From IMG/VR virus record IMGVR_UViG_3300042291_001013: 64,000 nt of DNA; one strand, 5' to 3'. The DNA is from a virus. Its lineage: Duplodnaviria > Caudoviricetes. The translations under genes and the position numbers were made by a program. This document shows, piece after piece, positions 1 through 10,321 of this stretch. The first letter of the stretch is position 1. The number at the start of each line of letters is the position of its first letter. Below the pieces are notes generated by a model. That model was not told where the DNA came from. It saw only the letters and a list, made by a program, of their open reading frames with translations, and searched no databases.

Positions 1-3000
1 CCTAACAAACCCGCCGCACAACAAATTGACACCAGCGGCAGAGTAGTTACACCACCTGATACAACTGCCCCAACCAATGCTGAAAAACCCACAACCACAG
101 ACGCTGGTGGTGGTGACACTGGCACCCAAGAGCGCACTCGTACTCTGTCAGAAACACAGGCCACAGGTCCAACAACTCCAGGTCCTATTTCAGAACCACC
201 ACCCGCTGTCACAGCCAACAGCCCCGCAGGTGCGGCTGGAGAACAAGCAAGAATTTCTGCAGACTCGCCAACCCTGGCCACTGCCCCTGGCGTTGGCGCA
301 GCCAATGATGATGCTGCCAAAAACTCTGCAGAATCTGCACAGGTAGACGTTAATGCTACCAACACCACAACTGTCTATGTCAAGCCCAGAACAAATACAC
401 TAGATAAGTTTTTCAGCTACACTTATTCAGTGTCAGTGTATATGCTTACGGTCAAACAATATCAGTCCTTGATGTACAGCAAAAACAAAAAGATTGACGG
501 ATATTATCTTTTGTTTCAAAGCGGCGGCGCAGCCAACAACGTGGGGGGTGTGCGCAACCTTGACGGCTTTGCGCCCAGTAACACACAATATGGTGCATTT
601 GGTGAAGAGCCCACAGCCAGCCCACCGCCAGCAGATGGTGGCCGCAACCCATTTTTTCCGCTAGACTACTACATTGACAGTGTGACATTGGACACTAGCC
701 CCTTGGGCAGGGCCACTGGTGCCAGTCACATGACTGCTAGTTTAAAATTTACTGTGCAAGAAACAATGGGTATTACCTTGATTGATAATCTCAATCAAGC
801 CGCAAGAAATATCAGTGCCGTTGACGAAGGCACAGGCCAGCCCAACTATACCAATACTGATTATCTCATGATCATACGTTTTTATGGCTATGATCAAAAT
901 GGCAAGCAAGTAGAAATACGTGGCGGCGTTAACAACACCTTGATTGAAAAATACATTCCCTTCAAGGTCAACGCAATCAACTGGAGTGTGGGGTCAAAGT
1001 TGATTAGCTATGACTGGGACTGCACACCACAAGGTCAACAAATTGGCGGGTTCACTGCTCGTGGCGCAGTGCCATATGATGTGCAGTTGGTAGACAGCAC
1101 TGTAGAAGGATTACTAGCAGGAAGTTTAACTTTTGCTGGGGGAGCAACGCAAGCAGCCAATCCTGGAGCATCAACCACAGCCAATGCCAATGGTGCATTC
1201 CGCGGTCAAAGATCTGACGTACCAGCTACAGCCTCAACACAGGCACCACAAAAAGCCATTGCGGCACCAACGTCAAAAACCACAATAACCAGAGGCTTGA
1301 TGGATGCCATGAACAAGTTTCAAGATGACCTAGTATCACAAGGCATCTACAAAATTCCTGACAGGTATTCAATTGAATTTATTGGCACCGACAAAACATC
1401 AAGGGCAGACATTGCTGATGCCAAGTTACAGTTGCCAGCTACCAAGGTAGACAAAGCAAAAACGGCAGGCGGGAAAACAGCAACACAGGATACCAGCAGC
1501 CTCAAGCCAGAAACAAACGCAGTTGACATGATCAGTCGTAGTTTTAGTATCACAGCTGGCCAGATGCTAACACAGGCAATTGAACTTGTGATTCGCAACA
1601 GCAATTACATTACTGATCAAGCCATTGTGGTTTTGCAACCAGACGGAACATATTTGCCAAACCCCCAGGCCAAGGATGAAGTATCTTGGTTTACCATCAT
1701 GATGAGTGCTACTGAGCGCCCTGGCGGTATTGACACACAGCGCAATGACTATGCCTATGACATTAGGTACACTGTGGCTCCATACATTGTGAAAAATGTG
1801 GCCAGTCAGTACTTTCCGGTTAGCACTTTTTCTGGAATACACAAAAGCTACCCCTATTGGTTTACCGGACAAAATACTGCGGTGCTGGAATATCAAGAAC
1901 AGCTCAACGCATTGTACAGCCTTACAGTGAGTGGTGACAATCCCAAATACAGTGCTCTAGCAGAAGAACGCAAAAACTTCTCATCCAGCATGAGAGATAT
2001 TGTAAAATACAACTATGCTCCGCGCAGTACAGAAAGCAGTTCAGGCGCCGACGGCAAGAGTAATGAGATTGGTGCCAACTTGACAGAAGACCTTATGAGT
2101 CCAGGAGATCTTGCCAATTGCAAAATCAAGATTATTGGCGACCCAGACTGGATTCAGCAAGGCAGTTTGTTTCAACCAGTCACACCAGGCTCATACAATG
2201 TTGAGGCCACCACTGGCTGGAATGAAGATGGCAGTATTGGGTTTGATTGTGGTGATGTGTTGTTTGAAATTGTGTGGCAACGCCCTGAGGATTATGATCT
2301 GGCCACTGGCCTTGCAGACCCCTATGCCGTGACACAGAAAAAATACGGCAATCGCGAGCCCATACAAAGCCGTGTGTATATCTGTACCAAGGTCATTAGC
2401 GAATTTAGGCAAGGCAAGTTTGAACAAACAGTTGAAGGCACCCTATATAGATATCCCAAACCTGATGGCACCAATGCCATTGCTCCTGTACAGGACAACA
2501 AAACCAGCGAGCGTGGCCAGGCCAGCACCGCAGGTGCGAGCGGGACACCAGATGAGTCTAGCGCAGAAACTGCAAGACTCAAGGCACAAAGCAAGCGTCT
2601 AAAAAGCGCGGCTGAAACACCAAAGCCAACGTCAACAACTGGAACAACACCTACATCGTCAACGGCCCAAGGTGTTCAACAACTACTGAACCCACCTACT
2701 ACCTTGGCTAATCCAACGCTGACTCAGTTGCAATCTAGCCCAGTATATAATGCGGCAAGACGCAGTGGGCAAACACCACAAGCATCCTTAGATGCGGCCA
2801 GACAGGCATTTGCTGCCACTGCTGGCGGAAGTCCGGTAACTAGTAATGGGCAGGCAGTGTCCACGTCACAGGTAGGCGGGCCACCCAAACTTGGAGGGGG
2901 AGGTGCAGGATTGTCAGCAGATCAGGCTAGACAAGCACAGAATATTCCGCAGAATCCCACAAACAGCACTAACCCAAGCGAACAAACTATGGCAAGAACT

Positions 3001-3006
3001 ACTTAA
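1..3006 (+). CDS. Baseplate hub / tail-associated structural protein (gp27/late-control-D-like), 5'-truncated
   Basis: Frame 1 is open from base 1 (PNKPAAQQ...KPRTNTLDKFFSYTYSVSVYML), so the track start at 430 is internal. It has an IKIIGDP motif in the C-terminal half, S/T/A/P-rich termini, and lies immediately upstream of the spike gene. Function is inferred mainly from position. Confidence 0.5.
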   Translation, partial: PNKPAAQQIDTSGRVVTPPDTTAPTNAEKPTTTDAGGGDTGTQERTRTLSETQATGPTTPGPISEPPPAVTANSPAGAAGEQARISADSPTLATAPGVGAANDDAAKNSAESAQVDVNATNTTTVYVKPRTNTLDKFFSYTYSVSVYMLTVKQYQSLMYSKNKKIDGYYLLFQSGGAANNVGGVRNLDGFAPSNTQYGAFGEEPTASPPPADGGRNPFFPLDYYIDSVTLDTSPLGRATGASHMTASLKFTVQETMGITLIDNLNQAARNISAVDEGTGQPNYTNTDYLMIIRFYGYDQNGKQVEIRGGVNNTLIEKYIPFKVNAINWSVGSKLISYDWDCTPQGQQIGGFTARGAVPYDVQLVDSTVEGLLAGSLTFAGGATQAANPGASTTANANGAFRGQRSDVPATASTQAPQKAIAAPTSKTTITRGLMDAMNKFQDDLVSQGIYKIPDRYSIEFIGTDKTSRADIADAKLQLPATKVDKAKTAGGKTATQDTSSLKPETNAVDMISRSFSITAGQMLTQAIELVIRNSNYITDQAIVVLQPDGTYLPNPQAKDEVSWFTIMMSATERPGGIDTQRNDYAYDIRYTVAPYIVKNVASQYFPVSTFSGIHKSYPYWFTGQNTAVLEYQEQLNALYSLTVSGDNPKYSALAEERKNFSSSMRDIVKYNYAPRSTESSSGADGKSNEIGANLTEDLMSPGDLANCKIKIIGDPDWIQQGSLFQPVTPGSYNVEATTGWNEDGSIGFDCGDVLFEIVWQRPEDYDLATGLADPYAVTQKKYGNREPIQSRVYICTKVISEFRQGKFEQTVEGTLYRYPKPDGTNAIAPVQDNKTSERGQASTAGASGTPDESSAETARLKAQSKRLKSAAETPKPTSTTGTTPTSSTAQGVQQLLNPPTTLANPTLTQLQSSPVYNAARRSGQTPQASLDAARQAFAATAGGSPVTSNGQAVSTSQVGGPPKLGGGGAGLSADQARQAQNIPQNPTNSTNPSEQTMARTT

Positions 3007-3015
3007 GGAAAATAA

Positions 3016-4533
3016 ATGGCAGAAAGTTATCAACGCAGTCGAGGAAGAGCACAGAACTACAAGCTAGATCGTGGTGGTGTTCCCGCAGAGTTTGGGCCAT
3101 TTACTGGTGTTGTAATGAGCACTGTGGATCCCACACGCAGTGGTCGCCTTCGTGTGTTTATTGAAGCCTTTGTTGATGGTGGCCCAGAAGCCATGGAAGA
3201 TGAATCAAAATGGACCACGGTCAGCTACATGCCATCCTTTTATGGCAACACGCCCATGACCGAAACTGAAGGAGCAACCAGCACGTATGGAACCTATCCA
3301 GGCAACTCCAACAGCTATGGCATGTGGTTTACCCCGCCAGATATTGGAATCACAGTAATTTGTATCTTTGTCAACGGGGATAGATCGCAAGGATTTTACA
3401 TTGGTGCAATTCCTGAACAGGGTCTGGGCAACATGATTCCGGCCATTGCTGCCAGCACCAAATATGAAGTTGGCAACGCAAATCAAAAAGAATATTTTGC
3501 CAAGGCCACAAGACTACCAGTAAGCGAAATCAACCTCAACAACATTGAACTCTTTAATGATCCTAGATTTTTTGATGCAATAAAACCAGTGCATGGTTAT
3601 CTAGCTCAGGCATTATTTCAGCAAGGCTTGATTGAAGATCTAGAGCGCGGCACCATAAGATCCAGCAGTCAACGCGAAACCCCATCAGCAGTGTTTGGCG
3701 TTTCAACCCCAGGCATACCAATCTATCAAGGCGGCATGAGCCCCAATGACATTAGAACCAAACTTGACGCCGGCGAAATCAAGCCCAGTCAGGCCAAAGT
3801 GATTGGTCGCGTGGGTGGCCACAGTCTAGTCATGGACGATGGCGACCTAGATGGCGACAATGCTCTGTTTAGATTGCGCACAAGTCTGGGCCATCAAATC
3901 ACCATGAGTGATACTGGTAACTTCTTTTACATTGTGCATGCTAATGGGCAAGCATGGTTGGAGTTTGGGGTAGAAGGCACAGTAGATGTGTACGCCACAA
4001 ACTCAGTAAACATTCGCACCAAGGGCGACATTAATTTTCATGCAGACCGAGATATTAATATGTTTGCTGGGCGCAATGTCAATACCAAGTCTGTGGAAAA
4101 TACACACATTGAAGCCATGAAGGACATGACAATCACCAGTCAAGGTGCTTGGACAGCCTACAGCAAATCAACCATTGGAGTCAAAGCCGACGGCACACTG
4201 ACATTAAACAGTGCTGGCGGTTCATGGGGTGCTGGCCCCAGTTTGGTCTTGCAAGCTGGCGGCATTGATCTTAACGGCCCCAGTGCTGATCAAATTGAAA
4301 CGCCCAATCCTCTAACAAAAACACTGCTGGACGAAACAGAGTTTGATACCAGCAAAGGATGGATTGTGGTTCCTGAAGGGATTGAAAGTATAGTAACTCG
4401 TGCGCCCACACACGAACCATACCCGTATCACAACAAAGGTGTTGATGTCAAAATTCAATTTGAGGAAGGACAACCCAGTCCGCCTCCAGGCGCAGTGCCT
4501 GTTCCCCCAGGCGTGGAAATAGTGGCCAAATAA
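3016..4533 (+). CDS. gp5/VgrG-like baseplate central spike (OB-fold plus beta-helix, no lysozyme domain)
   Basis: N-terminal GVVMSTVDPTRSGRLRVFI matches the gp5/Vgr OB-fold pattern. It is followed by RLRTSLGHQITMSDT and short beta-strand repeats (SVNIRTKGDINFHADRDINMFAGRNVN). AAGGA SD lies upstream. Confidence 0.8.
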   Translation: MAESYQRSRGRAQNYKLDRGGVPAEFGPFTGVVMSTVDPTRSGRLRVFIEAFVDGGPEAMEDESKWTTVSYMPSFYGNTPMTETEGATSTYGTYPGNSNSYGMWFTPPDIGITVICIFVNGDRSQGFYIGAIPEQGLGNMIPAIAASTKYEVGNANQKEYFAKATRLPVSEINLNNIELFNDPRFFDAIKPVHGYLAQALFQQGLIEDLERGTIRSSSQRETPSAVFGVSTPGIPIYQGGMSPNDIRTKLDAGEIKPSQAKVIGRVGGHSLVMDDGDLDGDNALFRLRTSLGHQITMSDTGNFFYIVHANGQAWLEFGVEGTVDVYATNSVNIRTKGDINFHADRDINMFAGRNVNTKSVENTHIEAMKDMTITSQGAWTAYSKSTIGVKADGTLTLNSAGGSWGAGPSLVLQAGGIDLNGPSADQIETPNPLTKTLLDETEFDTSKGWIVVPEGIESIVTRAPTHEPYPYHNKGVDVKIQFEEGQPSPPPGAVPVPPGVEIVAK

Positions 4534-4534
4534 C

Positions 4535-6418
4535 ATGAGCAGTTTTACATTTAATCTTGACAGTTTGAAATCCAGCGTTGGCTCAGGAACTGCCAGTGTT
4601 GAAAGTGGCCTTTATTCCAAAACAAAAGATGAAGACTTGATCTACAAAGGAGCAGATACCATTGTATGGGATCGCTCCAATGCTGAACGACTACGCAGAG
4701 GACTTCCAAGTTTAACTGATATTGGATATCCAAGACCTCCTGAAGACACGCCTGCAGAAACTGCACCAGCCACAGCGGCTGACGGCTCTGCAAAAACATT
4801 TGAAATAAAAGGCCCTCCAGGAATGACTCGAGAGCAGGCCCTGGAAATTTTTAAAAAACAAGCTGGCACAGGTGGCCTAGTAGGATTTAAATCTGGCGAC
4901 GTACTCAGTGCCGCAACACAGTCTGCTGATGGACTAGAGTCAGCTCAGGCATCGTTACAACAATCTTTAGCTGGAGTTGGTGGCAGTTTAGGCGGCGGCC
5001 TAGGCGGCATCAACGTTGGGCAAGTACAAAGCGGTATTGCACAAGCAGGTGGTGCTCTGGGAGGATCACTGGCAGGAATTGCTCCAGGACTGACTGCCTT
5101 GGTAGGTCCCGCAGTGAGTTCAATTGCTGGCGGCGCAGGCGGAATAGTAAACAGCGCAAAAGCACTGGCCGGCGGCAGCATAGTATCTGAACTAGCCGGG
5201 CTCAGTAGTGGCATTGGCAAAGCACTAACTGGTGGCGCTGGAATGGTAGGATCTATTGCAGCCACTTCTATCAGCACAATCAACAAAGTAATAACCTCAG
5301 TACCAGTAACCAACCCCATCAACGTTGCAAATTTTGCCACAGCTACCACAGCACTTGGTCCCATTGGATCAATGAATACCAGCCAAGTCACTGCCACTTT
5401 GGCTCAGGCCAGCAAACTAACTGGACAAGCATTTAGTTCTGTTAGTGCCACAGGTGCAGGCGGGTTTGGTCTAGACGTAAGTCAATTGGAAACATCAGGA
5501 TTTGTCAAGCCAGGAACCAGTAACTTTATATCAGACGCTTCTGCATCAGTCAACAGTGTGTTAAAATCGCCATCTGTGTGGACTGGAAAAGAAGGTGTTG
5601 GTAGTTTGTCAAGTCTGCTGAGTAACCCTGGCGCACAGAGTAAAATTCAACAGGACTTGATGGCCAAAGGTGTTGCTGGCCTAGGCGCAGTGGGTGTTCC
5701 AGTTGGGGCTCTTTCAGCACAGGGTCTGGCTGGAATGAGTCTCAACGCCGCAAAGAGCTTGCCCGGCGCAGAAGCGTTTGCCAAAGGATTACCAATTCCA
5801 GGTGACGTTAGTGGTGCAATCAAAGCTGGGTTTGATACCAATGTACGTGACGCGGCATTTGCAGTAAATTTAGCTGACGTCAAAGTACCTGAACCATTCA
5901 AAGCTATTGATATTCCAATACCCAAAAACAACACAGTGTCAAGAGCCACTGTGGATGCGGCTTCTAGTCGCATTGCAGGCAATGAAAAAATACCCACACC
6001 TAACTATGGACCGCCTGCTCCAGCTGACGAATCTGTAGCAGTACAACAGCTCAAGGAACTACAGGCTTTGTTGATTGAAATTGTCAATGACTTAAACAAA
6101 CGACTGAAAGAAATATATACTACTGAGGATCAAGTCAAGGCCTTGCAAAATCAACAGCAAATTACTTCTAATGAATGGAGTGCAGTAAACTCTGAATATC
6201 AAACCGGCAGAAATTACTACAACGACACTGTGGTACCAAAACTGGCTAACTTTACAGAGGTGTACAATCGTGCCGAAAACAATGTGAGAGTGATACTCAG
6301 CGGAGATTACAAAACCCTGGAAAAATTTCTTACGCTCGGTGTAACCCGCAGTCGAGCAGTGAGGGAACAGCTGATGTCCCTGCAATATAAAATAGCAGGC
6401 TACGGTCCTGAAACGTAA
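4535..6418 (+). CDS. Tail/baseplate-associated protein, G/A/S-rich, with a possible degenerate lysozyme-like domain and C-terminal coiled coil
   Basis: 627-aa ORF between the spike and gp25. It has a low-complexity G/A/S middle, the segment GFGLDVSQLETSGFVKPG...WTGKEGVGSLSSLLSNPGAQ, and a heptad-like C-terminus. Confidence 0.45.
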   Translation: MSSFTFNLDSLKSSVGSGTASVESGLYSKTKDEDLIYKGADTIVWDRSNAERLRRGLPSLTDIGYPRPPEDTPAETAPATAADGSAKTFEIKGPPGMTREQALEIFKKQAGTGGLVGFKSGDVLSAATQSADGLESAQASLQQSLAGVGGSLGGGLGGINVGQVQSGIAQAGGALGGSLAGIAPGLTALVGPAVSSIAGGAGGIVNSAKALAGGSIVSELAGLSSGIGKALTGGAGMVGSIAATSISTINKVITSVPVTNPINVANFATATTALGPIGSMNTSQVTATLAQASKLTGQAFSSVSATGAGGFGLDVSQLETSGFVKPGTSNFISDASASVNSVLKSPSVWTGKEGVGSLSSLLSNPGAQSKIQQDLMAKGVAGLGAVGVPVGALSAQGLAGMSLNAAKSLPGAEAFAKGLPIPGDVSGAIKAGFDTNVRDAAFAVNLADVKVPEPFKAIDIPIPKNNTVSRATVDAASSRIAGNEKIPTPNYGPPAPADESVAVQQLKELQALLIEIVNDLNKRLKEIYTTEDQVKALQNQQQITSNEWSAVNSEYQTGRNYYNDTVVPKLANFTEVYNRAENNVRVILSGDYKTLEKFLTLGVTRSRAVREQLMSLQYKIAGYGPET

Positions 6419-6426
6419 AAATACCC

Positions 6427-6434
6427 CATAAATA
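6427..6434 (+). promoter_or_regulatory. T4-type late promoter (CATAAATA)
   Basis: 7/8 match to TATAAATA in the short intergenic gap, 4 nt before the gp25 ATG. Confidence 0.7.
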
Positions 6435-6438
6435 CTGT

Positions 6439-6816
6439 ATGGCAAAGACATTTATTGGTTTTAATACTCAAGGACAATACAAAAAATTTACCTTGACTGG
6501 GTTTGAGTTAATCAAACGCGATCTTCTCAACGCCTTTAACATACGGCAAGGGCAGTTGCCTGGCCGCCCAGAATACGGCACTATTCTCTGGGATTACTTG
6601 TTTGAAAATCAACTTGAAGAATTACAAAACAGTATCACTCGTGAAGTGCAACGTGTGGCTGGCGGCGATCCTCGAATCTACATCAGTGACGTACAAACTT
6701 TCCCCCAGGAAAATGGCATTTTGATACAGGTTGAACTTGCTGTAATACCGTCTACTGATGCCGAGCGACTAAGTATTTTTTTCAACAACACAACTCGCAC
6801 AGCCTCCTACGTATAA
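6439..6816 (+). CDS. gp25: Baseplate wedge subunit, gp25-like
   Basis: 125 aa; DLLNAFNIRQGQLPGRPEYGTILWDYLFE and C-terminal GDPRI match the gp25/GPW family pattern; upstream of gp6. Confidence 0.9.
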   Translation: MAKTFIGFNTQGQYKKFTLTGFELIKRDLLNAFNIRQGQLPGRPEYGTILWDYLFENQLEELQNSITREVQRVAGGDPRIYISDVQTFPQENGILIQVELAVIPSTDAERLSIFFNNTTRTASYV

Positions 6817-6835
6817 CCTAGCCGTTTTTGATGCC

Positions 6836-6843
6836 GATAAATA
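6836..6843 (+). promoter_or_regulatory. T4-type late promoter (GATAAATA)
   Basis: Intergenic, followed by GAGG SD and the ATG at 6863. Confidence 0.65.
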
Positions 6844-6862
6844 AAACATAGAGGCTCTAACA

Positions 6863-9800
6863 ATGGCAACCACAACAAGACAAACAGCAATATTTGGTGT
6901 AGAAGACTGGAAACAGATCTACCAAACCTATCGCGAAGCAGACTTCCAAAGCTACGACTTTGAAACCCTGCGCAAAAGTTTTGTAGATTATCTGCGTTTG
7001 TACTACCCAGAAACTTTCAATGATTATATTGAAAGTTCAGAATTCATTGCGTTGTTAGACGTCATTGCTTTTATGGGCCAGGCCATGGCCTTCCGCACAG
7101 ATCTAAACACTCGCGAAAACTACCTGGACACTGCTGAACGTAGAGACTCAGTGATCAAATTGGCTAATCTTGTAAGCTACACAGCCAAGCGTAACACAGC
7201 CGCCCAGGGTCTGCTCAAAGTTCTCAATGTTACCACAACAGAAAACGTGGTTGATTATCAAGGCGTAAATTTGGCCAACGTCACTGTGGATTGGGCTGAC
7301 CCCACAAATCCTGACTGGCAAGAACAGTTTACAGCAATTATCAATGCTTCACTGTTGGATACTCAGCGCATTGGTCGTCCAGGCAATCGTCAAACCATGC
7401 TGGGTGTTAGAACTGACGAGTATGGTATTAACTTGGTGCCTGGCTATTTGCCCATTGTTCCGTACACGGCCACAGTTGACGGCATTTCAATGCCGTTTGA
7501 GGCCATGAGCTCAACCAGTGTTGGTCGAGATTATTTGTATGAGCCCAGTCCCACTGTTGGCAACCCATTTAATATTTTGTTTCGCAATGATCAGTTGGGG
7601 TTCCAAAGCGCCAACACTGGTTATTTCTTTATGTTCAAGCAAGGTGTTTTGCAAAATCAAGATTTTAACCTAGCTGAAAAAATTTCTAATCGCACAGTAA
7701 ACGTCAATATTGAAGGCATCAACAACGAAGATCATTGGTTGTTTCAGCTTGACAACGTGGGCAATGTGTCACGTGAGTGGAAATATACTGAAAACATTTA
7801 TAGTGCGGCAGCTGAACAAATTGGCACAGACCTAAGTCCCATTTATACAATTACCAGTAGAACCAACGATCAAATCACCATGGTGTTTGGCGATGGTGTG
7901 TTCTCAGAAATTCCAGTGGGCACATTCCGTGCCTATGTTCGTGCGTCAAACGGTTTGCAGTACATTATCAACCCTGAAGAAATGCAAGCTGTGACCATTC
8001 CCATCAGCTACATCAGTCGTAGCGGTAACTTGCAAACCATCACCTTCACTTGCGGCATTACTCGTCCAGTAAGCAACAGTCAAGCACGTGAAAGCGTTGA
8101 AGCAATCAAGCAACGTGCTCCTGCTCGCTACTACACACAAAACCGCATGGTCAACGGTGAAGACTACAACCTCTTCCCATACACACAGTACAATTCAATT
8201 GTAAAATCAAAAGCATTGAACCGTTCGTCAATTGGTACCAGTCGTTATCTGGACTTGATTGACAACACTGGCAAATATTCAAGTATCAACACCTTTGGCA
8301 GTGATGGCGGATTGTGGGAACAAAATATTCTTCCTACTATCCTGTTCTCTTGGACCAGTCGAAATGAAATTGCCGACGTTGTGACCAATCAGGTGCAACC
8401 GCAACTGGCTGACTCTACCATGCGCCAGTTTTATTATGGTAACTTTCCAAGGGTCACAGAAACAAACTTACCTTATGCCACCACCTGGTTAACAGGAACC
8501 ACCTGGCAACAAAGCACTACTTTGGCCAACGAGACCACCGGCTATTTTGTCAATGGTTCAGGCGTACCAGTACCTGTAGGCAACACCACAACCACAATGT
8601 TGAAATATGCAGCCGTGGGAGCATTGATTAAATTTGTTGCACCCACTGGTTATTACTTTGATGGCAATAACAAACTGCAACAGGGCACTGCAACTCGAGC
8701 TGACGAAACCACAGAAATTTGGGCTAGCCCACTGCAAGTTGTTGGCGATGGCTACAACAACGGAATTGGCAATCTGAGTTCAGGTGCCGGACCAATCACA
8801 ATCAACAACTTTGTGCCTACGGGCGCCATTGTTGACACACTGATTCCGTTGTTTGTAACTGATTTGCCCTTGGACCTTGAACAGGCCATGGCTGAACAAA
8901 TCTTGTTGTATCGCAACTTTGGTATTGGCTATGACAGTAACGGCAGTTTACCAATTACAAATTATACCCCAGGCTCCTGGTACTTGATTACCAGCACTAA
9001 CCTGGCACAAGATGCTACTTGGAGTCAACAGTACGCTGGTAACACTTCGGGCGCTAACCTTGACGCCAGCTGGCTGGTACAGTTTACAACAGAAAATCAA
9101 AACTATACCATTAGTTTTCGCGGCCTGGCCTATTACTTTGGATCAGTGTTACAAACACGATTCTTCTTTTATGGTGACCAACAAGTATATGACAGCCGTA
9201 CTGGCACAGTGATCAAGGACTTTATCAATGTGTTGGCAGTGAACACACAACCTGACAGCACTGCTACCTTGCCTGGAAACATCTATATGACCATCACAGG
9301 ACAACCGGTAGAAAGCGACGGCTATGTGGATGACTTCCAGGTGCTAGTAGGCTACCGAGACAGTGACAATGACGGTGTTCCAGACAATCCAGATTTCTTT
9401 GACGAAATTGTTGCACCCACAGTTGATGCCAATCAAAAGTTGATATTTTTGCAAAAGACCATAGACTTTGATAACCTGCAACGTTTTCTACTGGTTGAGC
9501 CAGGCGTTGTCAACAGCGACTATCCCACCTATGATGATTTAGAATTGGTAAAACTAGAGTGGAGCCCAGGACAGGTATTTTATGCCTACGCTGACGAAGA
9601 TTTTTATCAACTGTCTGTTGGTACCACTGGTGTGCGCACCTTGATTGATGTCAGCAACGAATGGATTGCCAGAACTGGCCGCCAGGCTCTGTACTATCAG
9701 TATCGCCACAACTCACCACTAACCAATAGAATTGATCCAGGCACAACCAACATCATTGACTTGTATGTTGTGACCCTGGCCTATTATACAGCATACCAAA

Positions 9801-10321
9801 ACTGGATTCGTGACACAACTGGCACTGTGACTGAGCCTGCACAGCCCACAATTGATGAGCTTTCAACAGCGTATCAAGGACTGAATGATTATAAAATGTT
9901 GAGCGATAATATTATTTTAAATTCCGTAACATTTAAACCGTTGTTTGGAGAAAAGGCTGCAAGTAGTTTACGAGCCACAATCAAAGTTATTCGTGCTTCA
10001 AATTCCACTGCCAGCACCAGCGAAATAAAAAGCGCAGTTGTGGCAGCCATGAACGATTATTTCTCAATTGACAAATGGAACTTTGGAGACACTTTCTACT
10101 TCAGTGAACTTGCGGCTTACTTGCATCGTACACTGGGATCAATTATTAGCTCAGTGGTACTAGTACCACTGGACACACAAAAATACTTTGGAGACCTTTA
10201 CGAAATTCGTTCAGAACCCAATGAAATTTTTGCCAACGGTGCCACAATCAACAACATTGATGTGATTGAAGCATTGACCAGTACCAACCTGCGTACTGCA
10301 CCAGGTAGCGGAGTAATTTAA
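6863..10321 (+). CDS. gp6: Baseplate wedge subunit, gp6-like (extended, 1152 aa)
   Basis: N-terminal DFQSYDFETLRKSFVDYL...FNDYIESSEFIALLDVIAF...ENYLDTAERRDSVIKLANLVSY, plus MVFGDG and ESVEAIKQRAPARYYTQNRMVNGEDY, all typical of T4 gp6 homologs. Confidence 0.9.
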   Translation: MATTTRQTAIFGVEDWKQIYQTYREADFQSYDFETLRKSFVDYLRLYYPETFNDYIESSEFIALLDVIAFMGQAMAFRTDLNTRENYLDTAERRDSVIKLANLVSYTAKRNTAAQGLLKVLNVTTTENVVDYQGVNLANVTVDWADPTNPDWQEQFTAIINASLLDTQRIGRPGNRQTMLGVRTDEYGINLVPGYLPIVPYTATVDGISMPFEAMSSTSVGRDYLYEPSPTVGNPFNILFRNDQLGFQSANTGYFFMFKQGVLQNQDFNLAEKISNRTVNVNIEGINNEDHWLFQLDNVGNVSREWKYTENIYSAAAEQIGTDLSPIYTITSRTNDQITMVFGDGVFSEIPVGTFRAYVRASNGLQYIINPEEMQAVTIPISYISRSGNLQTITFTCGITRPVSNSQARESVEAIKQRAPARYYTQNRMVNGEDYNLFPYTQYNSIVKSKALNRSSIGTSRYLDLIDNTGKYSSINTFGSDGGLWEQNILPTILFSWTSRNEIADVVTNQVQPQLADSTMRQFYYGNFPRVTETNLPYATTWLTGTTWQQSTTLANETTGYFVNGSGVPVPVGNTTTTMLKYAAVGALIKFVAPTGYYFDGNNKLQQGTATRADETTEIWASPLQVVGDGYNNGIGNLSSGAGPITINNFVPTGAIVDTLIPLFVTDLPLDLEQAMAEQILLYRNFGIGYDSNGSLPITNYTPGSWYLITSTNLAQDATWSQQYAGNTSGANLDASWLVQFTTENQNYTISFRGLAYYFGSVLQTRFFFYGDQQVYDSRTGTVIKDFINVLAVNTQPDSTATLPGNIYMTITGQPVESDGYVDDFQVLVGYRDSDNDGVPDNPDFFDEIVAPTVDANQKLIFLQKTIDFDNLQRFLLVEPGVVNSDYPTYDDLELVKLEWSPGQVFYAYADEDFYQLSVGTTGVRTLIDVSNEWIARTGRQALYYQYRHNSPLTNRIDPGTTNIIDLYVVTLAYYTAYQNWIRDTTGTVTEPAQPTIDELSTAYQGLNDYKMLSDNIILNSVTFKPLFGEKAASSLRATIKVIRASNSTASTSEIKSAVVAAMNDYFSIDKWNFGDTFYFSELAAYLHRTLGSIISSVVLVPLDTQKYFGDLYEIRSEPNEIFANGATINNIDVIEALTSTNLRTAPGSGVI

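Noticed and set aside
77-346. 89-aa ORF at the window start
   Set aside because: It is an alternate frame of the long frame-1 ORF that is open from base 1 to 3006.
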